NCBI GenBank assembly: GCA_963809815.1 | Contig: CAWELM010000005.1 | Span: 20,825 to 84,824 of the forward strand | Origin: an uncultured Actinomycetota bacterium | Lineage (GTDB): Bacteria > Actinomycetota > Actinomycetes > Mycobacteriales > Jatrophihabitantaceae | DNA length: 64,000 nucleotides | Direction: 5' to 3' | Shown here: piece by piece, positions 1 to 9,819 of the stretch | Position numbering within the stretch: the first letter of the stretch is position 1 | Layout of the letters: every line of letters begins with the position of its first letter | Notes under the pieces: generated by a model | What the model was told of the DNA's origin: nothing | The model's database searches: none | Seen by the model: only the letters and a program-made list of their open reading frames with translations | Program-made: the position numbers and the translations under genes

Positions 1-61
1 CGGCCGCGTCGACAGGTTCGAGAAGCGTTACGGCAAGCGCGTCCGCAGCAGCAACTCCTAG
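1..61 (+). CDS. rpmE: 50S ribosomal protein L31, C-terminal fragment (gene begins upstream of window)
   Basis: Frame starting at nt 2 reads [19 protein letters not shown], the typical L31 C-terminus (GRVxRFxKRYG). It lies directly upstream of prfA, as is usual in actinobacteria. Confidence 0.6.
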   Translation, partial: GRVDRFEKRYGKRVRSSNS

Positions 62-68
62 CGTTCTC

Positions 69-111
69 CAGCGCCCGCAGCCAGACCACGTCGTCTGGGC
101 TGCGGGCGCTG
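69..111 (+). terminator. GC-rich hairpin after rpmE (about 18-bp stem with one bulged g, 6-nt loop, no U-tract)
   Basis: cagcgcccgcagccagac and gtctgggctgcgggcgctg are reverse complements around loop cacgtc, 8 nt after the rpmE stop. Confidence 0.55.
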
Positions 112-149
112 AGTCATGTTGCGACAGCCTCGGGCGGAAGGAGACAGAC

Positions 150-1235
150 ATGACCGATCAGGCCGACCCCGACGGCATTCTGGCCACTCTCGCCGCTGAG
201 CACAACGAGGTAGAACGTGCCCTGGCCGATCCGGCCGTGCATGCCGACCAGGCTCGGGCCCGGACGCTCGGCCGCCGCTACGCCGAGCTGTCGCCGATCA
301 TGGCCGCGGCCGCCGAGGTCGACCGGCTACGGGGTGACCTGCACACCGCGCTGGAGCTTGCCGCGGAGGATGAGTCCTTCGCCGACGAGGTGACGACTCT
401 GCAGGCCCAGCTCGACGCCGCGGAAGCGAAACTGCGCGAGCTGCTGCTGCCCAAAGATCCAAACGACAGCAAGGACGTCATTCTCGAGATCAAGGCCGGC
501 GAGGGCGGTGAGGAGTCGGCGTTGTTCGCCAGTGACCTGCTCCGCATGTACACCCGGTACGCCGAGCGGCAAGGCTGGGCCTTCGACGTACTCGACCTGG
601 AGGCGACCGACCTCGGCGGGGTCAAATCCGCCACCGTCGCGGTGCGGGCGCGTCGGCGGGACCAGGCCGTGTGGCGGCGTCTGAAGTACGAGGGCGGCGT
701 GCACCGAGTGCAGCGGGTACCTGCGACCGAGTCGCAGGGTCGGATTCATACTTCGGCTGCCGGTGTCCTCGTGCTCCCTGAGGCCGAGGAGGTCGACGTC
801 GAGCTCGATCCGAATGACCTGCGCGTCGACGTGTTCCGCTCATCCGGCCCCGGGGGGCAAAGCGTCAACACGACCGATTCGGCGGTTCGCATCACTCACC
901 TGCCGACCGGAACTGTCGTGTCAATGCAGAACGAGAAGAGCCAGCTGCAGAATCGGGAGGCGGCCCTGCGAGTGCTGCGAGCTCGACTGCTGGCAGCGGC
1001 TCAGGACCAGGCGGATGCCGCCGCCGCCGACGCCCGCCGGTCTCAGGTCCGTACCGTCGATCGCTCGGAGCGAGTGCGTACCTACAACTTTCCGGAGAAC
1101 CGGATCAGCGATCATCGGGTGGGGTTCAAGGCCTACAACCTCGACCAGGTCCTCGACGGTGCTCTCGATGACGTCATTGATGCCCTGACTGAGGCCGATA
1201 CCGCGGCCCTACTTCGCGGAGAACCAGTGCCGTGA
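150..1235 (+). CDS. prfA: peptide chain release factor 1
   Basis: 361 aa with the GGQ motif ([24 protein letters not shown]) and an RF1-type PxT-like region ([14 protein letters not shown]). SD ggaaggag precedes the ATG at 150. Confidence 0.97.
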   Translation: MTDQADPDGILATLAAEHNEVERALADPAVHADQARARTLGRRYAELSPIMAAAAEVDRLRGDLHTALELAAEDESFADEVTTLQAQLDAAEAKLRELLLPKDPNDSKDVILEIKAGEGGEESALFASDLLRMYTRYAERQGWAFDVLDLEATDLGGVKSATVAVRARRRDQAVWRRLKYEGGVHRVQRVPATESQGRIHTSAAGVLVLPEAEEVDVELDPNDLRVDVFRSSGPGGQSVNTTDSAVRITHLPTGTVVSMQNEKSQLQNREAALRVLRARLLAAAQDQADAAAADARRSQVRTVDRSERVRTYNFPENRISDHRVGFKAYNLDQVLDGALDDVIDALTEADTAALLRGEPVP

Positions 1236-2092
1236 CGGCCCCGCGCACTTTGCTCACGGTCGCCGTCGAGACGCTCTCGTCCGCCGGGGTACCCGCGGCC
1301 CGAGCGGATGCTGAGCAGCTGCTGGCCGCCGCTCTAGGCGTTCCGCGCACTCGGCTCGCCGCGGTCGAGACCGTCGACGCCGACACGGCCGTGCGATTCG
1401 CGGAGCTCGTGACCCGCCGGTCGGCGCGGGAGCCGCTCCAGCACCTCGTTGGCACCGTGTCGTTCCGCTACATCGAGGTAGCGGTGGGACCGGGAGTGTT
1501 CGTGCCGAGACCGGAGACGGAGTCGCTGGTGGATGCCGTTCTGCCAGTACTGCGGGCCAGCCCCTATCCGATCGCCGTCGACCTGTGCGCTGGTTCGGGG
1601 GCGCTCGCGCTCGCGATCGCCGACGAGGTGCCTTCGGCCACGGTGTATGCCGTCGAGCGCTCACCCAGTGCGCTCCATTGGCTCCGGAGAAACTGCGCTG
1701 GTTCGAAAGTGCGGGTCATTTCAGCAGACGTCGGGGATGCGAGCTTGCTGCCCGAGCTGACCGGCCGGGTCGACGCGGTGCTGGCCAATCCGCCTTACGT
1801 GGGGACCGGCGAGGACGTCGATCCGGAGGTGCGCCACGACCCGGCCGACGCCCTCTTCGCGGGCCCGGACGGACTCGCCGTGCTGCCGGCCGTGGTCAGT
1901 ACGGCGAGGCGGCTGCTCCGCTCCGGGGGCGTGTCGGCGGTAGAACACGGTGACCAGCAGGGCACAGCCATTACTGCGTTGCTGTCGGGCGATGATCGCT
2001 GGCGCCAGGTCGTCGACCACCGAGATCTCGCGGGTCGCCCTCGTTATCTAACTGCTGAGCGAACCTCGTTCGCCGACGACTACTCCGGCTGA
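1232..2092 (+). CDS. prmC: release-factor glutamine N5-methyltransferase (HemK/PrmC)
   Basis: SAM-binding [10 protein letters not shown] and catalytic NPPYV motifs. The GTG start overlaps the prfA stop (GTGA). Confidence 0.93.
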   Translation: MTAPRTLLTVAVETLSSAGVPAARADAEQLLAAALGVPRTRLAAVETVDADTAVRFAELVTRRSAREPLQHLVGTVSFRYIEVAVGPGVFVPRPETESLVDAVLPVLRASPYPIAVDLCAGSGALALAIADEVPSATVYAVERSPSALHWLRRNCAGSKVRVISADVGDASLLPELTGRVDAVLANPPYVGTGEDVDPEVRHDPADALFAGPDGLAVLPAVVSTARRLLRSGGVSAVEHGDQQGTAITALLSGDDRWRQVVDHRDLAGRPRYLTAERTSFADDYSG

Positions 2093-2178
2093 TGATCTGG
2101 GGCAGTCCGTCGCACCTGGGGTGCGGCTCGAGATAGCGAGCAACCGGTGCCTGCCCGCCGGTGTGGGAGGGTGGGCCG

Positions 2179-4602
2179 GTGATCGACACCGATGGCTATA
2201 TATGTTTCGAGCGGGTCGATTCCGTGCGCGGCACCGAGCGAGGAGTGCTCGCCGAACTGCACGGCGAGCAACTGCGCGTCGACGTCGTTCGCGCTGACGT
2301 GGTTCGGTTCAAGATCAGCCGAGGCGGTGTTTTCGACGATTCGCCGACGTTCGCGGTATGCGTCGACCCGCTCGCCGAGCCAGTGGACTTCACCGTCGAC
2401 TTCGGGCCGGACGCGGTCCGAATCGGCAGTGTTGCCATGACGGTGACGTTGGGCCTTGATCCGTTCCGTTTGGACGTTCATCGCCCCGATGGCACTGCGG
2501 TGATCGAGACAGCGACGGACGCCAACGGTCGCTGCTGGGCTTACGCCACGCTCAACGACGCGTTCACCCTTCGCCGCCGCTGCCGCAAGGAAGACGCCAT
2601 CTTCGGACTGGGGGAGAAGACCGGGCGCCACAATCGCAACGGCCGGGACTTCACGTTGTGGAATACGGACGTGCTGGATCCACACGCCGCCCGGGAATTC
2701 GTGCGGGGCCGGGCGGCGGATGATCCGCGCGCGGACCCAACGAGCGTGGAATGGGATCCCTACTACATCGCGGTGCCATTCTTCTACCACCAGACGTATC
2801 CGACTGGGCCGATGGCGGCCTCGTTTGTCGACAACGGCTATCGCGGTGACTACGACTTCACGCGGCCGGACACCTATCGGGTGCAGTTCGCCGGCGGCCA
2901 GTACACGGAGTACGTCTTCGCCGGCCCGAACGTGGGGGACATCCTCTCGACCTACACCTGGCTTACCGGACGGATCGCGCCGCCGCCGTTGTGGGCATTG
3001 GGGTATCACCAGTGCCGATGGTTCAACTACACCCAGGACGCGGTTGAAGCGCTGGCCGCGCGACACCGCGACCTCAATGTCCCCTGCGACGCACTCTGGT
3101 TCGACATCGAGCACATGGACGAGTACCGCGTCTTCACTTGGGACTGCTCGGCATTTCCCGATCCCGCGGCGATGCTTTCCCGATTGGCTGATCTTGGCTT
3201 CCGGGTGATCACGATCGTCGACCCAGGAGTGAAGTACGAACCGGGCTACTGGGTCTTCGATCAGGCGCGGGAACGTGACGTCCTATGTCGGACCGAGGGC
3301 GGTGACATATACATCGGCCAAGTCTGGCCGGGCGATACCACCTTTCCGGATTTCGTGACCGAGGAAGCGCGGACCTGGTGGGGGGAACTGAACGCGGCCC
3401 ACGTGCAGTCCGGGTTGGCTGGGATCTGGAACGACATGAACGAGCCCGCCACCGGAAGCATTCCGCCGTCCCGGATGCGCTTCGACCGAGGCCGCTCCTC
3501 GCACGAGCGCTACCACAATCAGTACGCGTTACTAATGGCGATGGGCACGTCGGCCGGCCTTCGGCAGGCAATGCCGGAGCAGCGCGCGTTCGTGCTGTCC
3601 CGCGCCGGCTTCGCTGGCATTCAGCGGTATGCGGCGAACTGGCTCGGCGACAACCAGTCGCGCTGGGATCACCTGTGGTTGAGCATGCCGATGGGCATGG
3701 GCTGCGGACTGTCCGGCCAGCCGTTCATCGGTGCCGACATCGGCGGCTTCCAGGGCAACTCGAACGCCGAGCTGTTTCTCCGGTGGATGCAATACGGCAC
3801 GCTCACGCCGTTCTGCCGAAACCACTCCGAGATCGGCAATGTCGACCAATACGCCTGGTCATGGGGGGAGGTCGTCGAGGAACTCGTGCGCGCCGCGATC
3901 GGGTTGCGTTATCGCCTCATGCCTTATCTCTACGCCTCATTCCTGCACGCCGCCGAAACCGGTGCGCCTATCCAGCGACCGTTGGTGTTCGACTACCAGT
4001 ACGACCCGACCGTCCGCGACATCGACGACCAGTACCTGCTCGGACCCGACTTCCTCGTTGCGCCGGTGACGACTCGTGGCCAAACCGCGCGGCATGTCTA
4101 CCTCCCGAGTGGACGCTGGTACGACTGGCACTCGGGGGATGCGGTCAGTGGCGGTCAGTTTGTGCTCGTCCCCACGCCGATGGATCGGATTCCGCTCTAT
4201 GCACGCGGCGGCGCCGTCATCCCGATGTGGCCCGAGGCTCCGCCCAGCACGGACTATCACCCGACGGCGGTGGAATTACATCTCTTCGTGCCTGACGGAG
4301 ACAGCGTCCATCGAACGTTCCTCCAGGAAGACGACGGTCTGACGATCGCCGCCCAGGACGGCGCGATGTACCGCACGACATTTGAACTGATCCGGGCCGG
4401 ATCGTCTGTCACGTTGCGGGCCGAAGTGTCGGGTCGCGGGTTTCCCGAGTTCGCGCGCCGGGAATTCCGGCTGTTCGTCCACGGCGCGACGCCCGACGTG
4501 ACTGTAGACGGCCAGCTGATGACGGCCACCGAGGACTACGTCGTGATCCCGAATGCGGGCACCGGCTTCACCGCCGGGTTCGAACTAGGATCTTGCTCGT
4601 GA
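2179..4602 (+). CDS. glycoside hydrolase family 31 alpha-glucosidase
   Basis: GH31 hallmarks are present: nucleophile region GIWNDMNEP, YHNQYALLM, and ANWLGDNQSRWDHL. The ORF opens at 2161. I prefer GTG 2179, which has GGAGG 8 nt upstream. Confidence 0.9.
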   Translation: MIDTDGYICFERVDSVRGTERGVLAELHGEQLRVDVVRADVVRFKISRGGVFDDSPTFAVCVDPLAEPVDFTVDFGPDAVRIGSVAMTVTLGLDPFRLDVHRPDGTAVIETATDANGRCWAYATLNDAFTLRRRCRKEDAIFGLGEKTGRHNRNGRDFTLWNTDVLDPHAAREFVRGRAADDPRADPTSVEWDPYYIAVPFFYHQTYPTGPMAASFVDNGYRGDYDFTRPDTYRVQFAGGQYTEYVFAGPNVGDILSTYTWLTGRIAPPPLWALGYHQCRWFNYTQDAVEALAARHRDLNVPCDALWFDIEHMDEYRVFTWDCSAFPDPAAMLSRLADLGFRVITIVDPGVKYEPGYWVFDQARERDVLCRTEGGDIYIGQVWPGDTTFPDFVTEEARTWWGELNAAHVQSGLAGIWNDMNEPATGSIPPSRMRFDRGRSSHERYHNQYALLMAMGTSAGLRQAMPEQRAFVLSRAGFAGIQRYAANWLGDNQSRWDHLWLSMPMGMGCGLSGQPFIGADIGGFQGNSNAELFLRWMQYGTLTPFCRNHSEIGNVDQYAWSWGEVVEELVRAAIGLRYRLMPYLYASFLHAAETGAPIQRPLVFDYQYDPTVRDIDDQYLLGPDFLVAPVTTRGQTARHVYLPSGRWYDWHSGDAVSGGQFVLVPTPMDRIPLYARGGAVIPMWPEAPPSTDYHPTAVELHLFVPDGDSVHRTFLQEDDGLTIAAQDGAMYRTTFELIRAGSSVTLRAEVSGRGFPEFARREFRLFVHGATPDVTVDGQLMTATEDYVVIPNAGTGFTAGFELGSCS

Positions 4603-5240
4603 GCGTGACCTACGACTGCGCGGATCTGGACGTGCGCGAGTCGGCCATCGCGGCCGCGGCGCGCACCGTGCAGTCCGGGCAGCTTGTCGTGCTGCCGACG
4701 GACACCGTGTACGGGATCGGCGCCGACGCCTTCGATGCTCGGGCGGTGGCCGATCTGATCGCCGCCAAGGGTCGCGGCCGCGACATGCCGGTGCCGGTTC
4801 TGGTCGGCTCGTGGGACACCATCGACGGGCTCGTGAGCTATGTTCCAGCCGCTACCCGCGCGCTGATCGAGGCGTTTTGGCCGGGTGGCCTAACGCTCGT
4901 GGTTGAGCACGCGCCGTCACTGAATTGGGATCTGGGTGACGCGCGCGGCACGGTTGCGGTGCGGATGCCCCTGCACCCCGTCGCACTTGAGCTGCTCGAA
5001 CTCACCGGGCCGATGGCGGTGTCGAGCGCCAATCGCACCGGCCAGCCTCCGGCCCTCACCGCGCAGGCCGCCCGTGAACAACTTGGGGAAGACGTACAGA
5101 TCTACCTGGACGGTGGCCCGGCCGCGGTCGGGGTCGCTTCCACGATCGTCGATGTCACGACCGACGTGCCTCGGGTGCTTCGAGAGGGGGCCGTGAGCAT
5201 CGATGCAGTGCGATCGGTTGCCTCGACCGTCGTAGCCTGA
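4599..5240 (+). CDS. tsaC: L-threonylcarbamoyladenylate synthase, YrdC/Sua5-domain protein (t6A biosynthesis)
   Basis: Contains VLPTDTVYGIGADAF and PMAVSSANRTGQPP motifs typical of the YrdC/Sua5 family. GTG 4599 overlaps the GH31 stop (GTGA); TTG 4593 is an alternative start. Confidence 0.88.
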   Translation: MSVTYDCADLDVRESAIAAAARTVQSGQLVVLPTDTVYGIGADAFDARAVADLIAAKGRGRDMPVPVLVGSWDTIDGLVSYVPAATRALIEAFWPGGLTLVVEHAPSLNWDLGDARGTVAVRMPLHPVALELLELTGPMAVSSANRTGQPPALTAQAAREQLGEDVQIYLDGGPAAVGVASTIVDVTTDVPRVLREGAVSIDAVRSVASTVVA

Positions 5241-5383
5241 GGCGGAGCCGGCGCCTCGGTGGGTCGACCGTCTTCGCGGTCAGGCCCATAGCCCAGCTGG
5301 ACCCGGTACCGTGGGGCGGCCCGATCTGCTGATCTCCGACGCATCCGAACCCATAGGAGTACCAGGACCAGGACAGGCAGTAA

Positions 5384-6562
5384 GTGCATCCCAGTCTGGA
5401 ATACGCGCTCGTCTGCTGCCTCGCCGCGGTAGGCAGCTTCTTGCTGACCCCCATCGCGCGAGTGATCGCCATCCGCTGGGGTGCGGTGGCCCGCCCTCGA
5501 GACCGGGACGTGCACGCTGTGGCCACCCCCCGGTTGGGCGGCATCGCGCTGTTCGGCGGGTTCGCCGTCGCCGTCCTGATGGCACATCAGCTTCCGACCC
5601 TGCGCGCGACGTTCCTCGCCGGACCCAATGTCGACTGGGTCCTGGTCGCAGGGGCCATGATCTGCGCGATCGGGGTACTGGACGACAAGTACGAACTCGA
5701 TTCGCTGACCAAGCTCGCCGGCCAAGTCGCGGCCACGGGCGTCATGGTCACCCTCGGTGGAGTTCAGCTTGCTGCGATCTACGTTCCCTGGGGCGACACC
5801 GGAACATTGGTGCTGGGCCGGGATGTCGGCATTCCCGTCACGATTCTGATCACGGTGCTCACCATCAACGCGATCAACTTCATCGACGGGCTCGACGGGC
5901 TGGCCGCCGGCGTCACTGCGATCGCATCGCTTGCGTTCTTCGTATTCGCCTATCACCTCGCGGTTATCGGTGAGGCCGACGTGTGGGCGACCCCGGTGCT
6001 GCTGAGCGCGGCCTTGGGCGGCACCTGCCTGGGCTTCTTGCCGCACAACTTCGCCCCGGCCCGAATCTTCATGGGGGATTCCGGTTCGATGCTTGTCGGT
6101 CTTATTCTTTCGGCCGCGGCAACGACGGCCACGACGAGCGCCGATCCGCAGACGTTCGGCCGGCTGCTCGGGTCGATTCCGCTGGCGCTGCCCCTGCTCA
6201 TCCCGGTTGCCGTGCTGGCGATACCGCTTGTCGACTTGCTGCTCTCTATCGTGCGGCGAGTAGGCCGGGGCCAGTCGCCGTTCGCACCGGACAAGCAGCA
6301 TCTGCACCACCGGATGTTGCAAATGGGTCACACACATACCCGAGCGGTGCTCCTGCTGTACTTCTGGTCGGCCCTGCTGGCCTTCGGAGGCGTCGCGCTG
6401 TCGATCATGAGCACGCCCTGGGTTGTCGTGATCTGCCTGTCGGTATTCGTCGTTCTCGGAATCGTGCTGTCCGCGCGGCCGGATTTGCTCGCTCATCACG
6501 GATCGAGACCACCGGCCGGGCGGCCGCGGCACCGCGTCGGCGCGGGGAGGTCATCCCGATGA
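5384..6562 (+). CDS. wecA: MraY/WecA-family polyprenyl-phosphate GlcNAc-1-phosphate transferase (glycosyltransferase family 4)
   Basis: 392-aa polytopic membrane protein with VLDDKYELDSLTKL, NAINFIDGLDGLAAG and FMGDSGS motifs. It occupies the position of mycobacterial rfe/wecA. Confidence 0.9.
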   Translation: MHPSLEYALVCCLAAVGSFLLTPIARVIAIRWGAVARPRDRDVHAVATPRLGGIALFGGFAVAVLMAHQLPTLRATFLAGPNVDWVLVAGAMICAIGVLDDKYELDSLTKLAGQVAATGVMVTLGGVQLAAIYVPWGDTGTLVLGRDVGIPVTILITVLTINAINFIDGLDGLAAGVTAIASLAFFVFAYHLAVIGEADVWATPVLLSAALGGTCLGFLPHNFAPARIFMGDSGSMLVGLILSAAATTATTSADPQTFGRLLGSIPLALPLLIPVAVLAIPLVDLLLSIVRRVGRGQSPFAPDKQHLHHRMLQMGHTHTRAVLLLYFWSALLAFGGVALSIMSTPWVVVICLSVFVVLGIVLSARPDLLAHHGSRPPAGRPRHRVGAGRSSR

Positions 6563-6930
6563 GGGTGAGGGCCCGACGCGGGTGGCTGATTCCCTACGCG
6601 GTGGCGATCCTCGGTTCGGTTGCCTTCTGGATGTGGGCCGATCAGGGTGGCCGGTCTGCGACGAGCTATCTGGCTGGTCTTGCCGCTGCGACGGCGATCT
6701 TTCAGGTCAGCGTGGCCGCCGTAAGGCGAGCGTCGGACGCGTCGCCGAGCTTCGGGGTAGTCGTGGCCATGACCACTTACCTCACGGTTGTTGTGCTGAT
6801 GGCCGCGATCGCCGCGCTACTGAGTCCCCAACTGGTCGATGGCGAAGCGTGTGCGGCCGGACTCGTCGTCGCGGCCGTGTTAGGCGTCGCGCAGCAATAC
6901 CGCGCCGCTCGTCCAGATGCTTCGAATTAA
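6559..6930 (+). CDS. small 4-TM membrane protein upstream of the atp operon (AtpI-like position)
   Basis: The ATG at 6559 overlaps the wecA stop (ATGA). Hydrophobic segments include LIPYAVAILGSVAFWMW, YLAGLAAATAIFQV and VVVAMTTYLTVVVLMAAIAALL. No family motif is recognised. Confidence 0.55.
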   Translation: MRVRARRGWLIPYAVAILGSVAFWMWADQGGRSATSYLAGLAAATAIFQVSVAAVRRASDASPSFGVVVAMTTYLTVVVLMAAIAALLSPQLVDGEACAAGLVVAAVLGVAQQYRAARPDASN

Positions 6931-6958
6931 GCGTCGCACTCGGTAAGGTTCGCTCGGA

Positions 6959-7270
6959 ATGGGCACCAAGTCATCACGGTCGGATAGTGGCCAGGGCGGT
7001 GCAGATCCGTGGGCGGCATTCGGCTATCTTGTAGCCGGAGTCGGTTTCTACGGCCTCGCCGGCTGGGCGCTCGGCAGGTGGTTGCACGTCGACTACCTCG
7101 CTCCGCTGGGGATCGTGATCGGCGCCGCGTTCGGGCTTTATCTGGTCTTCGCACAACTGGCTTGGAAACCTCACGACGATTCGACAAACGACAGCAAAGG
7201 CAGCGACAGCACAACCGACAGCGACAACGCTCCCCGCCCGATTGACGACGACCGAGGAGAGATCGCGTGA
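6959..7270 (+). CDS. AtpZ/AtpI-family small membrane protein with acidic Ser/Asp-rich tail
   Basis: Two TM helices (WAAFGYLVAGVGFYGLAGWALGRWL; LGIVIGAAFGLYLVFA) as in AtpZ/AtpI proteins. The stop overlaps the atpB start (GTGA). Confidence 0.65.
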   Translation: MGTKSSRSDSGQGGADPWAAFGYLVAGVGFYGLAGWALGRWLHVDYLAPLGIVIGAAFGLYLVFAQLAWKPHDDSTNDSKGSDSTTDSDNAPRPIDDDRGEIA

Positions 7271-8082
7271 CGCACGTCAGCCTTGATGGCATGGTCGGGA
7301 TCGCGGCTGGCAACGGTTTCCAAGCTCCGGGTCCTGCCGATTTCGAGTTTCCCGACATCTTCAACGGCAATCAGGTGCTGCTCGCGAAGAGTTCGCTGTT
7401 GCTCGTGCTGGGCGCGATCGTCGTGGCGGCCTTCTTCCTGATCACAACCCGCCGGTTGCGGATCGTTCCGTCGAAGTCGCAGTACTTCTCGGAAGAGGCC
7501 TACAGCTTCGTTCGCAACGGCATTGCCCAGGACATCATCGGCGGCCGCGACTACATGCGCTTCGTGCCGCTGTTGACGACGATGTTCTTCTTCATTCTCG
7601 TCAACAACCTGTTCGGGCTCGTCCCGTTCCTGCAGTTCGCCCCGTTCTCCCGCGCGGGCTTCGCCTACGCTCTCGCCGGCATGGTGTGGGTCGTCTACAA
7701 CGGTGTGGGCATCGCCCGGCATGGGTTCTTCCCGTACCTGAAGCTGCAGACGGTCCCGGCCGGCGTCCCGGCCTGGATCTTGCCGCTCCTAGTGCCACTC
7801 GAGTTCCTGTCCAACTTGATCATTCGGCCGATCACGCTGTCCCTGCGGTTGTTCGCCAACATGTTCGCCGGCCACCTGCTGCTGACGCTCTTCGCCACCG
7901 GTGGCGCGTACCTGCTGTTCCACGCCACCGGCTCGTTCCTTGTGAAGCCGGCCGGCATCCTGTCGTTCATCCTCGGCATCCTGGTCGGATTCTTGGAGCT
8001 GATCGTCTCGGTTCTGCAGGCCTACGTCTTCACCCTGCTTACCGCGACGTACATCCAAGGTTCTCTAGCAGCAGAGCACTGA
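7267..8082 (+). CDS. atpB: F0F1 ATP synthase subunit a
   Basis: Contains the conserved RPITLSLRLFANMFAGH motif holding the essential Arg; polytopic membrane protein. Confidence 0.96.
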   Translation: MTHVSLDGMVGIAAGNGFQAPGPADFEFPDIFNGNQVLLAKSSLLLVLGAIVVAAFFLITTRRLRIVPSKSQYFSEEAYSFVRNGIAQDIIGGRDYMRFVPLLTTMFFFILVNNLFGLVPFLQFAPFSRAGFAYALAGMVWVVYNGVGIARHGFFPYLKLQTVPAGVPAWILPLLVPLEFLSNLIIRPITLSLRLFANMFAGHLLLTLFATGGAYLLFHATGSFLVKPAGILSFILGILVGFLELIVSVLQAYVFTLLTATYIQGSLAAEH

Positions 8083-8153
8083 CCATGTCCCAACCAACTC
8101 GGATCCCCGGCCTCACCAGTCGCGCCCGCGGCTGACAACGAAAGGAAACCCCA

Positions 8154-8363
8154 ATGGGTGGCACTCTGAACATGGTCGGCTACGGTCTCGCGGCCATCGG
8201 CCCGGGTATCGGCATCGGCCTGATCTTCGCGGCGTACATCAGTGGCACCGCGCGCCAACCCGAGATGCAGAGCAGGTTGCAGCCGATCGCCATCCTCGGC
8301 TTCGCCCTGGCCGAGGCGCTCGCCATCATCGGTATCGCGCTCGCTTTCGTTCTCAAGCCATAG
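8154..8363 (+). CDS. atpE: F0F1 ATP synthase subunit c
   Basis: 69-aa hairpin proteolipid with a GxGxGxG helix ([15 protein letters not shown]), an RQPE loop and the carboxylate helix [14 protein letters not shown]. Confidence 0.96.
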   Translation: MGGTLNMVGYGLAAIGPGIGIGLIFAAYISGTARQPEMQSRLQPIAILGFALAEALAIIGIALAFVLKP

Positions 8364-8396
8364 CCCTAAGTTCCCGACTGAGGCCAGAGGTCCGCC

Positions 8397-8945
8397 ATGA
8401 CTCACAACATCCTGGCAGCCGGGGAGGAGCCGAACCCCCTGGTTCCGCATCTCTCCGAGATCATCCTGGTGCTGATCATCTTCGGCATCCTCTACTACCT
8501 CGTCTGGAAGTACGTCGTCCCTCGTTTCGAGGCGAACTTCGCGGCGCGGAAGGACGCCATCGAAGGGGGTATCGCCCGGGCGGAGGCCGCACAGGCCGAG
8601 GCGGCTCAGGCGCTGGCGGAGTACCAGCACCAGCTCGCCGACGCCCGCGGTGAGGCAGCGCAGATTCGCGAGAACGGCCGCGCGGAAGCGCAGCGGATCG
8701 TCGAGGAACTGCGGGCTCAGGCGCAGCAGGAGTCAGATCGGATCGTCGCTCGCGGCGAAGAGCAATTGCAGACTCAGCGCGGCCAGGTTGTTCGCGAGTT
8801 GCGGCAGGAGATCGGCACACTCGCCGTGGAGCTGTCGGAGAAGATCGTCGGTGAACAACTTGCTGATGACGCCCGGGTGAGCGCCACGGTCGACTCGTTC
8901 ATCGCCGATCTCGAGCAGCAGGACGCAGCGGAGCAGGCGAGATGA
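8397..8945 (+). CDS. atpF: F0F1 ATP synthase subunit b
   Basis: One N-terminal TM helix followed by a long Ala/Glu/Arg/Gln-rich helix, in the canonical operon position. Confidence 0.92.
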   Translation: MTHNILAAGEEPNPLVPHLSEIILVLIIFGILYYLVWKYVVPRFEANFAARKDAIEGGIARAEAAQAEAAQALAEYQHQLADARGEAAQIRENGRAEAQRIVEELRAQAQQESDRIVARGEEQLQTQRGQVVRELRQEIGTLAVELSEKIVGEQLADDARVSATVDSFIADLEQQDAAEQAR

Positions 8946-9763
8946 TCCGCGGAGTCAGCCGGGCGTCGCTCGTCACATTGCGGGCCGAGGTGGAGCGCGC
9001 CATCTCGGATCTGTCCTCTACCGATCGCAGCGCGCTGTCCGAGCAGCTCGCTGCCGTCGGGGGGCTGCTCACCGCCCAGCCTCGGTTGCGCCGCGCCCTC
9101 GCCGACCCGTCGACGCCGCCCGAGGCCCGCGCGAACCTGGCGACAACCCTCCTGCAGAACAAGATCGGTTCGAGCGCGATGGGCGTCGTCCAGACCACGG
9201 TACGGGAGCGTTGGTCGTCACCCTGGGATCTCGTCGACTCGATCGAGCAGATTGCTGATGACATGCTGCTCTATGACGCCGAGGCAGCCGGGTCGCTCGG
9301 AGAGATCGAGGACGAGCTGTTCCGCTTCGAGCGGATTCTCGAGGCCGAGCCCCAGCTGACCACGCTCCTGGATTCGGCTGCCCAACCGACCGACCGACGC
9401 GTCGAACTACTGCGCACCCTGGTATCCACCAAGGTCACCCCGACCGCGATGCTGCTGCTGGAGCACGCGATCCGCAGCGGCCGTCGGCGCGGCATCACCG
9501 CGGCTATTAGCCGGCTGCTGGAGGACGCTGCCGCCCGGCAAGACCGATCGATTGCCCGCGTTATCTCGGCCGTTCCATTGACAGACGCTCAGGAAAGCCG
9601 GCTCAGTGCCGTGCTCAGCGAGTATTTCCGGCGCCGCATCTCGGTCCGGACCGCGGTCGAACCGGCCGTCCGCGGCGGCTTGATGATCCGCATCGGGGAC
9701 GAAGTGATCGATGGCACCGTCTCGACTCGGCTGGCTCTCGCGCGCAACGCGTTGGCTAGCTGA
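8942..9763 (+). CDS. atpH: F0F1 ATP synthase subunit delta (long actinobacterial form)
   Basis: The start overlaps the atpF stop (ATGA). The OSCP-like C-terminal region GGLMIRIGDEVIDGTVSTRL is present. Confidence 0.9.
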   Translation: MIRGVSRASLVTLRAEVERAISDLSSTDRSALSEQLAAVGGLLTAQPRLRRALADPSTPPEARANLATTLLQNKIGSSAMGVVQTTVRERWSSPWDLVDSIEQIADDMLLYDAEAAGSLGEIEDELFRFERILEAEPQLTTLLDSAAQPTDRRVELLRTLVSTKVTPTAMLLLEHAIRSGRRRGITAAISRLLEDAAARQDRSIARVISAVPLTDAQESRLSAVLSEYFRRRISVRTAVEPAVRGGLMIRIGDEVIDGTVSTRLALARNALAS

Positions 9764-9819
9764 CCGCTTGGCGGCGACCAGGAGGACCATGATTTCGACG
9801 CACGAGACAGGATGAGCTG

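Noticed and set aside
2080-3114. 344-aa minus-strand ORF
   Set aside because: Antisense shadow of the GH31 gene, with an Arg/Pro/Val-rich composition and no recognisable domain.
4571-4590. tRNA T-arm-like string gggttcgaact
   Set aside because: It lies inside the GH31 coding frame (…AGFELGS…). No acceptor or anticodon stems can be drawn around it, and no tRNA is present in the window.
5102-6532. 476-aa ORF on the minus strand
   Set aside because: It is entirely antisense to the well-supported wecA gene. Its Arg/Gly/Pro-rich low-complexity translation is typical of shadow ORFs in high-GC DNA, and it carries no family motif.
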